A DNA stretch of 64,000 nt, the filler included, from Stramenopiles sp. TOSAG23-6 (lineage: Eukaryota): NCBI GenBank assembly GCA_900128565.1. It is 12 parts of 12 records of this genome, joined end to end, with 100 filler letters (N's around TTAATTAATTAA, not from the genome) between each part and the next. Parts side by side here need not be neighbours in the genome. Positions count along the whole stretch, not along the records: positions 21,595 to 26,884 come from LT636939.1; positions 26,985 to 32,259 come from LT636940.1; positions 32,360 to 37,634 come from LT636941.1; 9 more parts are not named here. One strand, written 5' to 3'. Shown in pieces: positions 22,234 to 34,894 of this stretch; positions within the stretch are counted from its first letter, which is position 1, and each line of letters opens with the position of its first letter. The position numbers and the translations under genes were made by a program. The notes beneath the pieces were generated by a model. That model was not told the DNA's origin, searched no databases, and saw nothing but the letters and a program-made list of their open reading frames with translations.

Positions 22234-23110
22234 ATGACGACCACATCCGAAACTCCACTGTTGCGAGGGAACTCGAGTGTGAGTAAGAAGAAGCCATTCT
22301 GGACAAAACAAAAAGTAATCATACTTGTAGTCTTTCTAGTGGTTGCAATATCTCTTGGTATTTTAATTCCATTGGTCTTTCTACGTCGTTCAAAGCCAAG
22401 TTATAAGCCACCACCACCACCAGGACCACCACTACCCACACGTAAGCGTATAAAACTAATTAACGTTACAAGTGATCCCATACAAATTGATTTACTTACA
22501 GTTGTTCGATATGGCAAGGTTAATCATAACAATGACAACATTGACATTGGTCATACTGTACGTTTTTACAATTGAATTTTTTAACTAAATTTTTTTTTTA
22601 TAAAAATTTTGTACCTAACCAAAAAACAAATTTCGAATTTAATTTTTTTTTACAATACATGTACTTTATTTGGGTAATACATTACATTCACCACACCACT
22701 TCAAGATGGATCTTAGAACTAGTGAATATTATGATGTAAATTATACATATCTAGAAAAACCACAAAGAAGCTTTCAGTTTATACCTGATCAAATTTGTTA
22801 TACAATGAAATTAGATCATGCTTTAAGCGTTACTCATGTAATAAGCAAAATGCGTGAATGGTGGAAGCAAAATTTTGAACAATTTAAAACGTATAACAAA
22901 AATACTGCAAATTGTAGGATGTATATTGATTCAATGGCTTCCTTAATCACGAAAGATAATTCGATTCAATATCCCTCAAAATTAATGGGTTCAATTAAAT
23001 GGAAAGATTTACTCAAAGAAAATGATTCACAACAAAATTCACTTGTAAAATGTCCAAGAAGAGTTCTTTTGTTGAAAAAAAAACAAAAAAAACAAAGAAT
23101 GCTATTGTAA
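22234..23110 (+). CDS. membrane-anchored permuted papain-like (PPPDE/LRAT-like) putative peptidase; intron 22558-22660
   Basis: N-terminal TM; spliced GHT-VLYLG and YNKNTANCRMYI resemble the His/Cys dyad motifs. Confidence 0.5.
22558..22660 (+). other. family intron, GT-AT, 103 nt, phase 0; upstream exon ends CT
   Basis: act|GTACGTTTT...TGTACCTAAC...TACAATACAT|gta ctt tat ttg, in frame with ORF 22670. Confidence 0.82.
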
Positions 23111-23135
23111 AGAGCATACATTGATAGAATAGTAC

Positions 23136-23249
23136 CCAAAAGAAATTGGTCAACTAAAAAAACTCGGTTCATTGCGTTTAGATATAAACCAACTATCTGG
23201 TCCAATTCCAAAAGAAATTCTTCAACTAAAAACAATTTTTGTCGTGTAA
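23136..23249 (+). pseudogene. orphan LRR repeat fragment
   Basis: PKEIGQLKKLGSLRLDINQLSGPIPKEILQL, preceded by an in-frame stop; DNA resembles repeats at 26060-26520. Confidence 0.7.
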
Positions 23250-23528
23250 CATTCAGACAAAACTGTCTTATAACAATTTCTTTCATATATATATACAAAT
23301 CTATTTTTATTATTTTTTATAGTATTTTTTATAGTATTTCCAATTATCTTTTGAAATAATAATAAAAAATAAAAAAAAGAAATTTCAATTATTGACTATT
23401 ATAATAATTAGTATAATACTATTCATATTGAATATTCTTCTTTATTATGTGCAAATGTTTATTAAAAAATTGAAATAATACAAACAAATGATAAAGTTAT
23501 TTGTTTACTATTTTTGTAAATATTTTTG

Positions 23529-24902
23529 TCATCCATATTTTACAATCACATCACCATCATTTCCATAAATAATAGTACTCCATGCTGTCGCTTTTACTCT
23601 TACTACATGTTTACCTTTTAATTCTTCAACACGTTTAGGTTTAAGTTGATTTTCTGTATCACCATGACCAAGTTGATCAGAATCTCCACGTCCCCATGTG
23701 TATACATCACCATTTTCAAGTAATGCAATAGTGTGAAAATAACCAGCTGATATCTGCTTTACTTTTTTATCTTTGAATTCTTCAACAAGCTTAGGTTTGT
23801 TTTGATCATTTTCATCACCATGACCAAATTGACCAAAATTTCCATATCCCCATGTGTATACATCACCATTTTCAAGTAATGCAACAGTGTGATTACCACC
23901 AGCATATATCTGCGTTACGGTTTTACCTTGTATTGCTTCAACAAGCTTAGGTTTTTTTTGATTATTTTCATCACCATGACCAAGTTGACCATTATATCCA
24001 TATCCCCATGTGTATACAGTACCATTATCTAGCAAAGCAACAGTGTGTTGTCCTAAAGCAGCTGATATCTCCTTTACTTTACCTTGTGAATGTAATTCTT
24101 CAATAAGTTTAGGAATATTTTGTTTTTTTTCATCACCATGACCAAGTTGACCATTATATCCTTCTCCCCATGTGTATACATTACCATTGATCAAAACAAT
24201 CCAAAATTCATTACCAGCAGTTATCATACCAAGATTAGACGTATATTTGTTTTTCCTACTTAAAATATTTTTCAAGTCTTTTCTTTGAAATATTTCTGTC
24301 GCTTTATTTCCAATACGTCTGTACCATTCAATTGACGATTCATCTTCTTTTTTATACGTAATTGTTGTACTTTCATCATTTGGAATCAAATTGAATGATT
24401 TCATTAATTGTAATACTTGTGAAATTTGAGAATATCTGCGTTGTGCTCGATGACGAAATATAGATACACTCATTTCTTTTGAAACAACAGCCAATGAATG
24501 AACATCTTCTTTAGGTAAAAAGGTATATAAGGTACTTGTAGTACCTCCATGTCGAAGCATTGTGGGGAAATGTATCGTATTTACTTTTGCTTCTTCTGGT
24601 TCAACGTCACTTCCAATAGTTTGTGTATTTTCGGGAACTACTGCCGCTATTGCTGGTTCAACGTCACTTCCAATAGTTTGTGTATTTTCGGGAACTTCTG
24701 GTGTATCTGCACCAGCATCAAGCAGTAGTTTCACATAAGCAACATCACCACGTCCTGTAGCAATCGATAATGGGGACACAGTCAACCCGTTTTGCGTAGC
24801 ACCACGTAGTCCTATCTCAAGTGCGGCATATGATGTTGTAATGACAGTACAGAACAATAGGATACATAGTAACAGAGCATTTGATATCATAGTTGCTTTC
24901 AT
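23529..24902 (-). CDS. signal peptide + single ankyrin-like + F-box-like + RCC1 repeat protein
   Basis: Hydrophobic N-terminus; PLSIATGRGDVAYVKLLLDAGAD; LYTFLPKEDVHSLAVVSKEM; four VYTWG.G..GQLGHG blades. Confidence 0.85.
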   Translation of the reverse strand: MKATMISNALLLCILLFCTVITTSYAALEIGLRGATQNGLTVSPLSIATGRGDVAYVKLLLDAGADTPEVPENTQTIGSDVEPAIAAVVPENTQTIGSDVEPEEAKVNTIHFPTMLRHGGTTSTLYTFLPKEDVHSLAVVSKEMSVSIFRHRAQRRYSQISQVLQLMKSFNLIPNDESTTITYKKEDESSIEWYRRIGNKATEIFQRKDLKNILSRKNKYTSNLGMITAGNEFWIVLINGNVYTWGEGYNGQLGHGDEKKQNIPKLIEELHSQGKVKEISAALGQHTVALLDNGTVYTWGYGYNGQLGHGDENNQKKPKLVEAIQGKTVTQIYAGGNHTVALLENGDVYTWGYGNFGQFGHGDENDQNKPKLVEEFKDKKVKQISAGYFHTIALLENGDVYTWGRGDSDQLGHGDTENQLKPKRVEELKGKHVVRVKATAWSTIIYGNDGDVIVKYG

Positions 24903-25224
24903 TGTTTTTGCTTAATAATTTATCGAATGAACTTTAGTAATGAAATAATTGAAAGTCTTCGACAGTGCCAGGAACTACCTGACGCGACATTATGACGCGC
25001 CATCGAAAATTGCCAGGAACTAGCTAGCCTTTGATTTCGTACAAAATTTCATACCTAAAAAATTGGTCAGCTGACTTTCATGAACGGCCGGTGCCCGTGC
25101 GTGCGCATCTCTCAAAGTCAACTGAACTCTACTCCATAAAGCTTCCTCAAATTGTACAATCGTCTTGAAATTTAGCTCTTACTCTACAAGAAACAACACA
25201 AGTGCTCAACATAATTGTAAAACA

Positions 25225-26601
25225 ATGAAAACAACACGTGTATTTGTTCTTTTGGTTATACTATGTAATACAAGATTTGTACATGCTGCAACAACACCAG
25301 CAGCAGCGAAAATCGATGAAATTGGTTCAATACGACAAGCTCTCAAAAAAACACGACACCAACTACAAGCAAACGAGACCCACGATGATTTGACTGATGA
25401 AACAACGACATTGAATGATATACCAGTACGCACTGTAAATGAGCTTCTCTCTGTACCTGATATCGTATCTCTGTCCACTATAAATAAGAGGATGCATCAG
25501 CGGGTGAGTAATGATTCTGAACCCTTGGCAAGTGGCTTATTCACGAAAGTTGTGAGAGAATTTGGACGATACACCAATGAAGAAGAAATAAAAGAATCTA
25601 CTGAAAAACCAGAAAACGAACCTTTACTAAAGTGGTTATATCGTGTACGAAGAATTTACCGAATGCTAAAATTTCAAATTCCTATTCACTTCAAAAATAC
25701 AGGAAGGGATCTTACATGTATGTTTTTAAAGAAAAAAAAAAGATTTCAATTTTTTGTCTAAATTTTTTTTCATACGAAATTTCGTACCTAACAAATTTTT
25801 CAAAAAAAATTTTTTTTTTACAATACATGGCTTACATGGAAAGAAAACGAAAGCCGTGATGAATGGTTACACCGTATTGAAAGCATCTGGGAAAGAGAAG
25901 CTTTGATTGCATTGTATAATAGTACAAATGGAATTAATTGGAAGTGGAAAACAAATTGGAATACAGATGCAGATATTTGTGATTGGTTTGGAGTCATTTG
26001 TAATGAAGAAGGAAGTGTTATTTGGTTGTTATTGCAAAACAACCAACTAACTGGTTCAATTTCAAATGAAATTGGTCAACTAAAAAATCTCAGAGAATTG
26101 AAATTGTGGAACAACAAACTATCTGGTCCAATACCAATTGAAATTGGTCAACTAACAAAGCTCACACATTTGCGCTTGGAAAACAACCACCTAATTGGTT
26201 CAATTCCAAGTGAAATTGGTCGACTAACAAACCTTCTATATTTGAACTTGAATTGGAACAAACTAACTGGTTCNATTCCAAAGGAAATTGGTCAACTAAC
26301 AAAGCTCAAAAACTTGTACTTGAAAATCAACAAACTAACTGGTCCAATTCCAAAAGAAATTGGTCAACTAACAAATCTTGAAGAATTGGACTTGCAATGG
26401 AACCAACTATTTGGTTCAATACCAAGTGAAATTGGTCGACTAACAAATCTTAAGAAGTTGTTTTTGCAATACAACAAACTATCTGGTCCAATACCAACGG
26501 AAATTGGTCAACTAACAAAGCTCATAGGGTTGAACTTGTACAACAACAAACAATCTGTTTCCAATACCAAGGCTCAACTAAGAGAAATCTTTGGACTTTG
26601 A
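25225..26601 (+). CDS. signal peptide + F-box-like + plant-type LRR protein; intron 25718-25828
   Basis: MKTTRVFVLLVILC signal; LNDIPVRTVNELLSVPDIVSLSTINKRM; spliced frame leads into EREALIALYNSTNG..W..CDWFGVIC and about seven 24-aa NxLxGxIPxEIGxL repeats. Confidence 0.85.
25718..25828 (+). other. family intron, GT-AT, 111 nt, phase 1
   Basis: aca t|GTATGTTTT...TTTCGTACCTAAC...ACAATACAT|gg ctt; contains an in-frame stop; removal fuses ORFs 25165 and 25903. Confidence 0.87.
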
Positions 26602-27072
26602 AATTGCAAAACAACCAAAAATTTTCGTACGAAAAATAAATTCGAAATTGAAAAAATGAAACATTTGAAACATAATTAACTTCAAACTTTGCATGATGTA
26701 AGTAATGAAAAAAAAAATACCTCCTCCTAGTTTGGTCATAGCCATCCTATATTAAATATTTTGAAAAAATATTTCAAAAAAAATCTAAAAAAAATTGTTT
26801 GGTACGAAATTTTTTTTGGTAAAAAAAAAAAAAAAAAAAAAAAAATTGAATTTTTTTTGGAAAAAAAAAAAAAAAAAAAAAAGTNNNNNNNNNNNNNNNN
26901 NNNNNNNNNNNNNNNNNNNNNNNNNNNNTTAATTAATTAANNNNNNNNNNNNNNNNNNNNNNNNNNNNNNNNNNNNNNNNNNNNTTTTTCAATTTCGAAT
27001 TTATTTTTCGTACCAAATTTTGTACCTAATAAATTTTACTTTTTTTTTTTTGAAATATTTTTACGAAATACA

Positions 27073-29328
27073 TACATGTGGCAATATCGCCCTTTCTTCC
27101 ACCTGTAGCACCACCAAAGCCTCCACCAAGGCCAAAATCCGTGCCTTTCTTCTTTCAATTACCGACGAATAAAAAACAATTTAAAAAGCATGTTTCTCGA
27201 CTTAAGAATCAATCCAATGACAGTAAGAAAACTATAAAAAGTCGTGCTCAAAATACAAAAAACGTCAAAAATATCAAATTTGAAAAAAAAACTACAATTC
27301 CACAACGTCCACATCGTAAAACTCCGCCTCCTTCTCCCCCGCCAAGAAGAGATTTGTTACATAAATTTGATATATATTCCGATGCACGAAATAATGGTAA
27401 AAGTGTCAGTTCTGCGGCCAAAATTATTTTCCCTTTGTTAGAATCAACAGAATACAATACAAAAAATGTATTATATGAAACTCCGTCGCATGTAGAAGAA
27501 TTGATACTCAAAAAAAATAATGAAATGGAAATTCTCGTCTCGCAAATAAAATGTTTATTTTCGCATATAGAACAAGAAAATATTCGAAATATAATGATTC
27601 CAAGAACACGAAATATTGTTTTAAAATATGGAAATTCTGGTACACATTGTGTCCGAAAGTTATGTAGGTTTTCATTATGAATTATAGCAAATCCTGTGGT
27701 TTTTATTTATACCTAATGAATCCTAATGAATTAATTTTAATTTATACCTAATGAATCCTAATGAATTGTGCACTTTTACAAATATTTTTTAATATACATG
27801 GACGTTTTTATTAAAAATTTACCCTGAAGCTTGGAAAAGTTCTTTTAGTCACTTGAATAATTGGAAAAGTTCTTTTCAAAGTTCTTTTCAAAGTTCTTTT
27901 TGTCATTTTCATGATGGAGATGTAGGAAGAGTAGATGAAAATTTTGATACTCATTTTGATTTAAATGATTTTTCATTTATTCAAACAACAAAAGAAAAAA
28001 AAAGTAAAAAAGATGCTAAAACTCACGATATTACGAATGAGAATGTACAATCGCATAATGATATTACTATAAATTTGCATAAAACTCATTCAAATAAAGA
28101 TATAGAAAAAACAGAAAATTTAAATGTTTCAAATAAAGATATAGAAAAAACAGAAAATATAAATGTTTCAAACTTTTGCTGGGTTTGGGATTGGAAAGAT
28201 GATCAATCATATTTAGGAGACATTAACAAGGATATGTTAAATAAATCTGGAAACGAAGATATTGAAGAAAAGACCCAAATTCAACGTAAAGAAATACAAG
28301 TAAAGGAACATACGAAAATTTATAATGAAACAAATAAGGATGTGGTGCCAAAATATACGACAAATATGGGTAGGAAAACACGGCGAGTTGCTGTTGGTGA
28401 AAGCGGAGATGGAGAAGTGACGCCATCAACTGTAAAAAATAGTATCCCAAAATCTGAAAATAATAATTCTACAAAAGATTTTCAAAAACAATTTGCTAAT
28501 TTAAAAGTTGATATAAAACCAAATACAAATCAGCAAATTAAAAAGGATATACTATACGATAAAAAATCATTTTGTACATATTACACTCATATCGAAGACC
28601 CGTGTTATCATCCAATTGAAAATGGTTCACTTACACATTTGGAGGTGGATCAGTCTGTATTTGAACCTTTACATTGTCAAATTGATGATCAATTTTCAAC
28701 TCCAAATATTCAAAATCGATCCCAAAAAGGTATTCAACGAATGATCCAAGATTCATTAAGTAAAGTAAAAACAAGTCTAGGATGGAGCGATTCAAAAATG
28801 TATAAACAACACCCTGGTGCTGCAAAAGCTATCATTGGTGGCGTATTATCTGCGGAACTTCTTTCATCTCCACTACCTGATGCAAAACATTCAATCCAAC
28901 CGGCTTCTGCTGGCAGCTGGAAAATTGTTTGTGGTGATATTGTTCAAATTTGTGGTCTCCGAAATGATATAGGTTTAAATGGTGTCATTGGTATTGTGAG
29001 GAAGTTGGAAAAACGACGCTCTGATGTTTTATTAGAAAACGGGCATAGAGTCTCTGTATCACATGGTAATTTAGAATATATTGGTCATCAGAACCTTGAT
29101 GAAGAAAGTCATGCTGAATTCTCTGATAGTGATGAATATGATTACTATTCATGTTCAGGTACAAATTCACCTACTACAATAAATACTAATGGTGAAACAA
29201 AAAATGAAAAAACAAAAGGTAATTTTTTATCATCCGTTGATGAATTTGTATCGAATAAGTATAGTGGTAAGCCTACCACTCCAAGTATAAAAACACACTG
29301 GAAACAGTATCATCAGAAAATAACATGA
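27073..29328 (+). CDS. hypothetical Pro-rich/low-complexity protein with KOW/SH3-like C-terminal motif, 5' partial; intron 27664-27799
   Basis: ORFs 27078 and 27853 join in frame (RKL-WTFLLKIYPEAW); GDIVQICGL...LNGVIGIV. Confidence 0.6.
27664..27799 (+). other. diverged family intron, GT-AT, 136 nt, phase 1, duplicated branch region
   Basis: tta t|GTAGGTTTT...(TATACCTAATGAATCCTAATGAATT)x2...AATATACAT|gg acg. Confidence 0.75.
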
Positions 29329-29384
29329 AAAATTCCGCTATGATTTTCTCTCTCAAAATAAATTAATGATGCAAAATCGTTTTA

Positions 29385-32259
29385 TTACAAATTTTTATAT
29401 GCTCCTCGACCTGCAGTTGTATAACTTGCACAAGCTTCTACATTCGACAAATCCAAAGTTAAATTTGAACTGACACCAATGTTCAGAGTTTTCTGTTTAA
29501 ATTTTCTCAATATTCTACAAGCAGTTTTATGAGTGGGCCAATGATTCTTTTGACATTTGTTACAACAGTATAATGTTACTGAACACTTACGGCATTGTAC
29601 ATGTTTCTTTTTTCCTGGACCTTTACCAATGACTTCATCTATCCCGCAGTTGGCACACTTTCCAGGAATGGTAGAATTTTCACGATGTATTCGATTTGAA
29701 TCATCAATATCATTCAGTAATTTTCTTCCAATTGATGCAAAATTTGTTTCGCATTTATCACTGAAATCTTTTAGTCTTTGCAACATAATCGACAATTCAA
29801 GGGTGCTTAATTCACCATGTCGATGAAGTTTGCGTAAACTAAATTGTGCGTCTTGTAGTTCTTTATTTAAAACTAGGATACTTTCAACTCCGTGGGTATT
29901 TTTATCAGGTTTTATTGTTGTGGCGGATTTGAAATCAAATTTATTTCCTCTTTGTTGCTTCTTTTTCTGGTTTATTTTTTCATTATTAGTTTGTATCATA
30001 TCAAATGCTGATTTATTGTATTTATTTCTAAGCATTCGATCTCCACCAGCATTGATAAGCAAACTAGTTATTTTGGTGTAATTATTTTTGCTAGCGGCCA
30101 TGAGCGGAGAAATGCCATCAATATCACACAGATTAACAAATGCACCAACTGAAAGTAAATAAACTGCTACTTCAAATAACCCTTCTACGCATGCCGTAAA
30201 TAATGGCCCTACGCCGTCTTTCTGTGTGTGATTGACATCTGCGCCAGATTCAATTAGAAGTTTTACTGCTGGCAAATTCCCTACTTGTGAAGCACCTATT
30301 AGTGGAGTTATACCATTTGGACTAATTTCTTGCTCAATCATTGCTCCCGAACGAAGCAATATTTGGATTATTGGTCTATTTCCAAGTCTCTTTTGCTTTG
30401 GCAAGCAGCAAGCAGCAAATAATGGACTTCTTGCGCCTTTACATGTTGGATTTACTGTATTGATATCAAATGCGTTGGTGCCGAGTAACAACTTTACCAA
30501 TGTTATTGATTTTCCAGCATTGTTACTCGAATTACTAGCAGCTATTGTGAGAGCACTTTCACCACGAGAATCCCAACTTCCAGCGTCAACATCACTATCT
30601 AATAATATTTCTACTATTCTTACATTACCCTCGTGAGTGGCTGCGTGTAGCGGGCGATGTCCTGATGGCATAGCTATTTCTTCGATTGGTGTTCCAGCTT
30701 GTACAAGTAGCGAAATAACTGCAGGGTTGCCACTTCGAATAGCAGCATCAATACAAGTCTGTCCACGATTGTCTTTGTGACCACAATCTATACCTAGTTG
30801 TTGTATCACGAATTGTACTGTCTTGGAATTTCCAGACATACATGATGCAATGAGAGCATTCGTGCCATTATTATCAATACAAGAAGTATTTGCAATGGAA
30901 TGATCATTGTCACTAAGTAATTTACATATATTTGCAAACCCATAAGTACAGCTGATAAGAAATGCAGTAGACCCAGTAAGGGTTCGAGTGTTTGGATCAG
31001 AACCTGCTTCTAGTAAGCGCTTAGTTATATTCATTGCACCAACCCGACAAGCCTGCCAAATTGGTGTTGCGCCAGCATTGTCTGTAGCATAAACATGAGC
31101 TTCAGCATTTAATAGTACACAAACAGCTTTGATAGATTTTTTTTGACAAGCCAAATGTAGTGGAGTCATACCATCACTTGTTCTTCGAGCTTCAATATAT
31201 GCACCATATTTAATCAACATTTTCATTACCTCTACATGACCTCCAGCCGCCGCAGTGTGTAAAGGTGTTGCTCCATCAGAAGACCATGCAGGCTGACTAG
31301 CAACAACCTTTTGCTCTGCATGAGGTAAATCTTTCAGTAATGCTTTGACCGATTTTATATTGCCAAAACGAGCTGCTTCTGCACATGGTGTTGATCCCCT
31401 CTTACCAGATTGTTTTCGATTTGCACCTGCTTCAATCAACATCTTAATAATTTCTACACAATCAGCACGCGCAGCTGCAGCAAGACACGTATCTCCATTC
31501 TTGCTATTTGGTAGATTAGGTGGCGCTCCTGCTGCTAAAAGAAGTAAAACTATTTTATTATAATGCCTTGCTAGCAATTGATGTTGCAAAAAAAGACGTT
31601 TTTCTCTTGGAATTTTCTCATCCGCTGTTATTGCACAGAGTAATGGATGAGCGCCATCTTTATTTTTTCGAGAGACACAGGCATTTTCATTACGCAAATA
31701 TAATTCAATTTCGCCTACATTACCTTTCATGGCTGCGTGGCAAAATCCCTCAGTAACTGCAGACACAACATCTTTTTGTGCCACAACTTCTGCATTTCGT
31801 GCATTGTCGACTGCTATATGCTCCAAGATTTGGAGTTGCTTCATATTTTTATCTTCTATTTTTTCAGTTGCTTCAATTTTGTTACTCCATTTTTGTGCAT
31901 ATAGCTTCGTCATTGTATCTCGCCCTCCATACCGATTAATTTTTCTCCCCTTTTCATCCACTCTTATCTTTTCATCTTTTGTTATTCTGTTATTCCAGTT
32001 TCCACTATTATTCCAGTTTCCATCTTTACTATTATTCCAGTTTCCATCTTTACTATTATTCCAGTTTCCATCTTTAGTTTTATTTGTTTCATTCATTGGT
32101 TCTAAAGTAGGCAGTTTCTTTGTACTATTAAATATTTCTTCTGAAGATGTCTTTAATAATTTATTCAAGTTAAACATTTTGGGTGAGGGAGGTTGATGAC
32201 TACGTATACTTTGCATTTTTTTCTTTGAAATGCGACCATCAGATGAAGTTGGGGAAGGT
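29385..32259 (-). CDS. ankyrin repeat protein with C-terminal MYND zinc finger (possibly 5' partial)
   Basis: Many G.TPLH.A...G....V..LL..GA repeats; CANC...CRKC..TLYCCNKCQKNHWPTHKTAC. Confidence 0.92.
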
Positions 32260-32400
32260 NNNNNNNNNNNNNNNNNNNNNNNNNNNNNNNNNNNNNNNNN
32301 NNNTTAATTAATTAANNNNNNNNNNNNNNNNNNNNNNNNNNNNNNNNNNNNNNNNNNNNAAAAAAAAATTTCAAAAATTTTTAGGGAAAAAATTTCCCAC

Positions 32401-32432
<32 letters not shown>

Positions 32433-32450
32433 GAAAACATGAAAACATAC

Positions 32451-33122
32451 AGTGATATTTTCATGTAATTCCAAGCTACTCGACATGGATGAATCTCGTA
32501 ACAAATCAAATATTTTTTCATTATATATTTGCATAAATGAGCAATAGACTCTAAAATTTATTCCAGTGTCGTTTTGTTTTAAATATCTACTATTTTTTTC
32601 ATCTTTTTTTTCAACGTTTTTTTTGGAATTGATTTGTTTTTGGTTTAAATGCTTGAATAATCCTTGGCAACACCGCGGGATTATACCACGCATTGGTTCA
32701 TATGTATTTAGTATGTTCATATTTTCTTTACCGAATAACGTATATGTTTTACCAGATCCTGTTTGACCATATGCAAATATTGAACTGTTATAACCAGAAA
32801 CGACATGATGGACAGCACGTTCAACACTTTTGTAAATTACATCTTGGGTCTCTGTTGGGCGGAATATATGATCAAAATTACATTCAAATGTCTGTTCCGC
32901 ATCAACAACACGTATTTCATTGGACGATAATACAGTTGTACACGCTTTTGAGTTTATTTCACGACCCAGCAAAGGTCGTACTCGTATAAACACCTTGACA
33001 TGATCAGTTTCATCATCATTTGACACTTCGTTTTTGTTTTTTTTCAGTATATTCTTCTCAACGGTACCAAGACGTCGTGCTGCTGATTTAGCTGCAGCGT
33101 GTCTTGGAGACGTTGCTGACAT
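32451..33122 (-). CDS. kinesin motor domain protein, 3' partial
   Basis: VKVFIRVRP, FDHIF, GYNSSIFAYGQTGSGKTYT, GIIPR, SFMQIYNEKIFDLL; family donor GTATGT at 32450. Confidence 0.92.
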
Positions 33123-33370
33123 TTATATATTCTTAGAATTGAATACAATTGTACAGTAGTTATTTATGAAAGCGATGTGTAGGTTACTGTATTATTCCAA
33201 AGGTGTAGTGGTGGTGGTGTTATATATGAGGTAGGCTCTTTTTGCCGTTTTTTTTGTAAAATAACGTATATTACATTATGTCATCATCGATCATCGTGTT
33301 TCCATTGTTGTGACACTTATTTCTTTTCTTCTTCGCTACTTCTCATTAAAAGGTATTGTTTTTGAGAGAA

Positions 33371-34588
33371 ATGGTTAATGCAACAATCTCTGCATATAAT
33401 GGTATTATTATTTCAAAANGTGGNACAATCACAGCTGATCCTGCATATAAACACGAGTTGGAAACGGTGACAAACATTGACCCCAGTAAACAAGAAATGC
33501 GTTGTTTACTACTCTGTTGTCACCACCAAAAGACAACAAGTAGTTTGTGGCGTCTTTATCAATTTGGAGGTGCACTTAATATTGGTCCATGGGGAGTTAT
33601 TGAAGATTATTTACATCATAAAATTATGAGTATTGGTGAAAGTGCCTTTAAAGATTGTACATCACTAAAATCAATAATAATACCAAATAGTGTCGCTAGT
33701 ATTGGTAAATGTGCCTTCCTTTTTTGCACATCACTAGAATCAATAAAAATACCCAATAGTGTCACTAGTATTGGGGATTATGCTTTCAAAAGCTGTACAT
33801 CACTAAAATCAATATTAATACCGAATAGTGTCACTAGTATTGGTGATAGTGCCTTTGGTGAATGCACATCACTAGAATCAATAAAAATACCCAATAGAGT
33901 CACTATTATTCGCGGACATGCCTTCAGAAGTTGTACATCACTAAAATCAATAACAATACCAAATAGTGTCACTAGTATTCGTGCACGTGCCTTTGATAGT
34001 TGCACATCACTAAAATCAATAATAATACCAAATAGTGTAACTAGTATTGGCGGATGTGCCTTTGATTTTTGTTCTTCACTAAAATCAATAACAATACCAA
34101 ATAGTGTCACTAGTATTGGTGAATATGCTTTCATGAGATGTACATCACTAAAATTAATAACAATACCAAATAGTGTCACTAGTATTGGTAAAGATGCTTT
34201 CTTTCGGTGTACATCACTAACATCAATAATAATACCAAATAGTGTAACTAGTATTAATCATTGTGCCTTCAGAAGTTGTGAATCACTAGAATCAATAATA
34301 ATACCAAATAGTGTCACTAGTATTGGTGATCGTGCCTTTGATAGTTGCGCATCACTAGAATCAATAATAATACCAAATAGCGTAACTAGTATTGGTGATC
34401 GTGCCTTCAGTTATTGCGAATCACTAAAAACAATAATAATACCAAATAGTGTCACTAGTATTGGTGATAGTGCCTTCAAACTCTGTAAATCACTAAAAAC
34501 AGTAAAAATATCAAGTGGTACTTATATTGCTGAAAATGCTTTCAGTGGATGTTGGAAAGTGAATATCATTCATAGTGAAACAAATTAG
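33371..34588 (+). CDS. BspA-type (LRR_5/TpLRR) leucine-rich repeat protein, 13 repeats
   Basis: 23-aa VTSIG..AF..C.SL.SI.IPNS repeats (69-nt DNA unit). Confidence 0.92.
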   Translation: MVNATISAYNGIIISKXXTITADPAYKHELETVTNIDPSKQEMRCLLLCCHHQKTTSSLWRLYQFGGALNIGPWGVIEDYLHHKIMSIGESAFKDCTSLKSIIIPNSVASIGKCAFLFCTSLESIKIPNSVTSIGDYAFKSCTSLKSILIPNSVTSIGDSAFGECTSLESIKIPNRVTIIRGHAFRSCTSLKSITIPNSVTSIRARAFDSCTSLKSIIIPNSVTSIGGCAFDFCSSLKSITIPNSVTSIGEYAFMRCTSLKLITIPNSVTSIGKDAFFRCTSLTSIIIPNSVTSINHCAFRSCESLESIIIPNSVTSIGDRAFDSCASLESIIIPNSVTSIGDRAFSYCESLKTIIIPNSVTSIGDSAFKLCKSLKTVKISSGTYIAENAFSGCWKVNIIHSETN

Positions 34589-34894
34589 TACGATATTCAA
34601 TAATAAAAGAAAATCATTAAAAAATTTCAGTATTTCAGCATTTGATCTATATTACTAATACTAATACATACAGTGAAATCAAAATTTTTTTTCTACAATT
34701 TTAAACAAAAAAAGAATTATTTGTGCCCACGAAATATACGTACCCCTATATATGTATATGACACGTCATCGATCATCAAAATCGAATCGTGTTTGGTTGT
34801 TGTTGTTGTTGTGACACTTATGATTCATTCAAGTCAACCTTGTTCTGTTCTCTTCTTCGCTACTTCTCATTAAAAGGTATTGTTTTTGAGAAAA

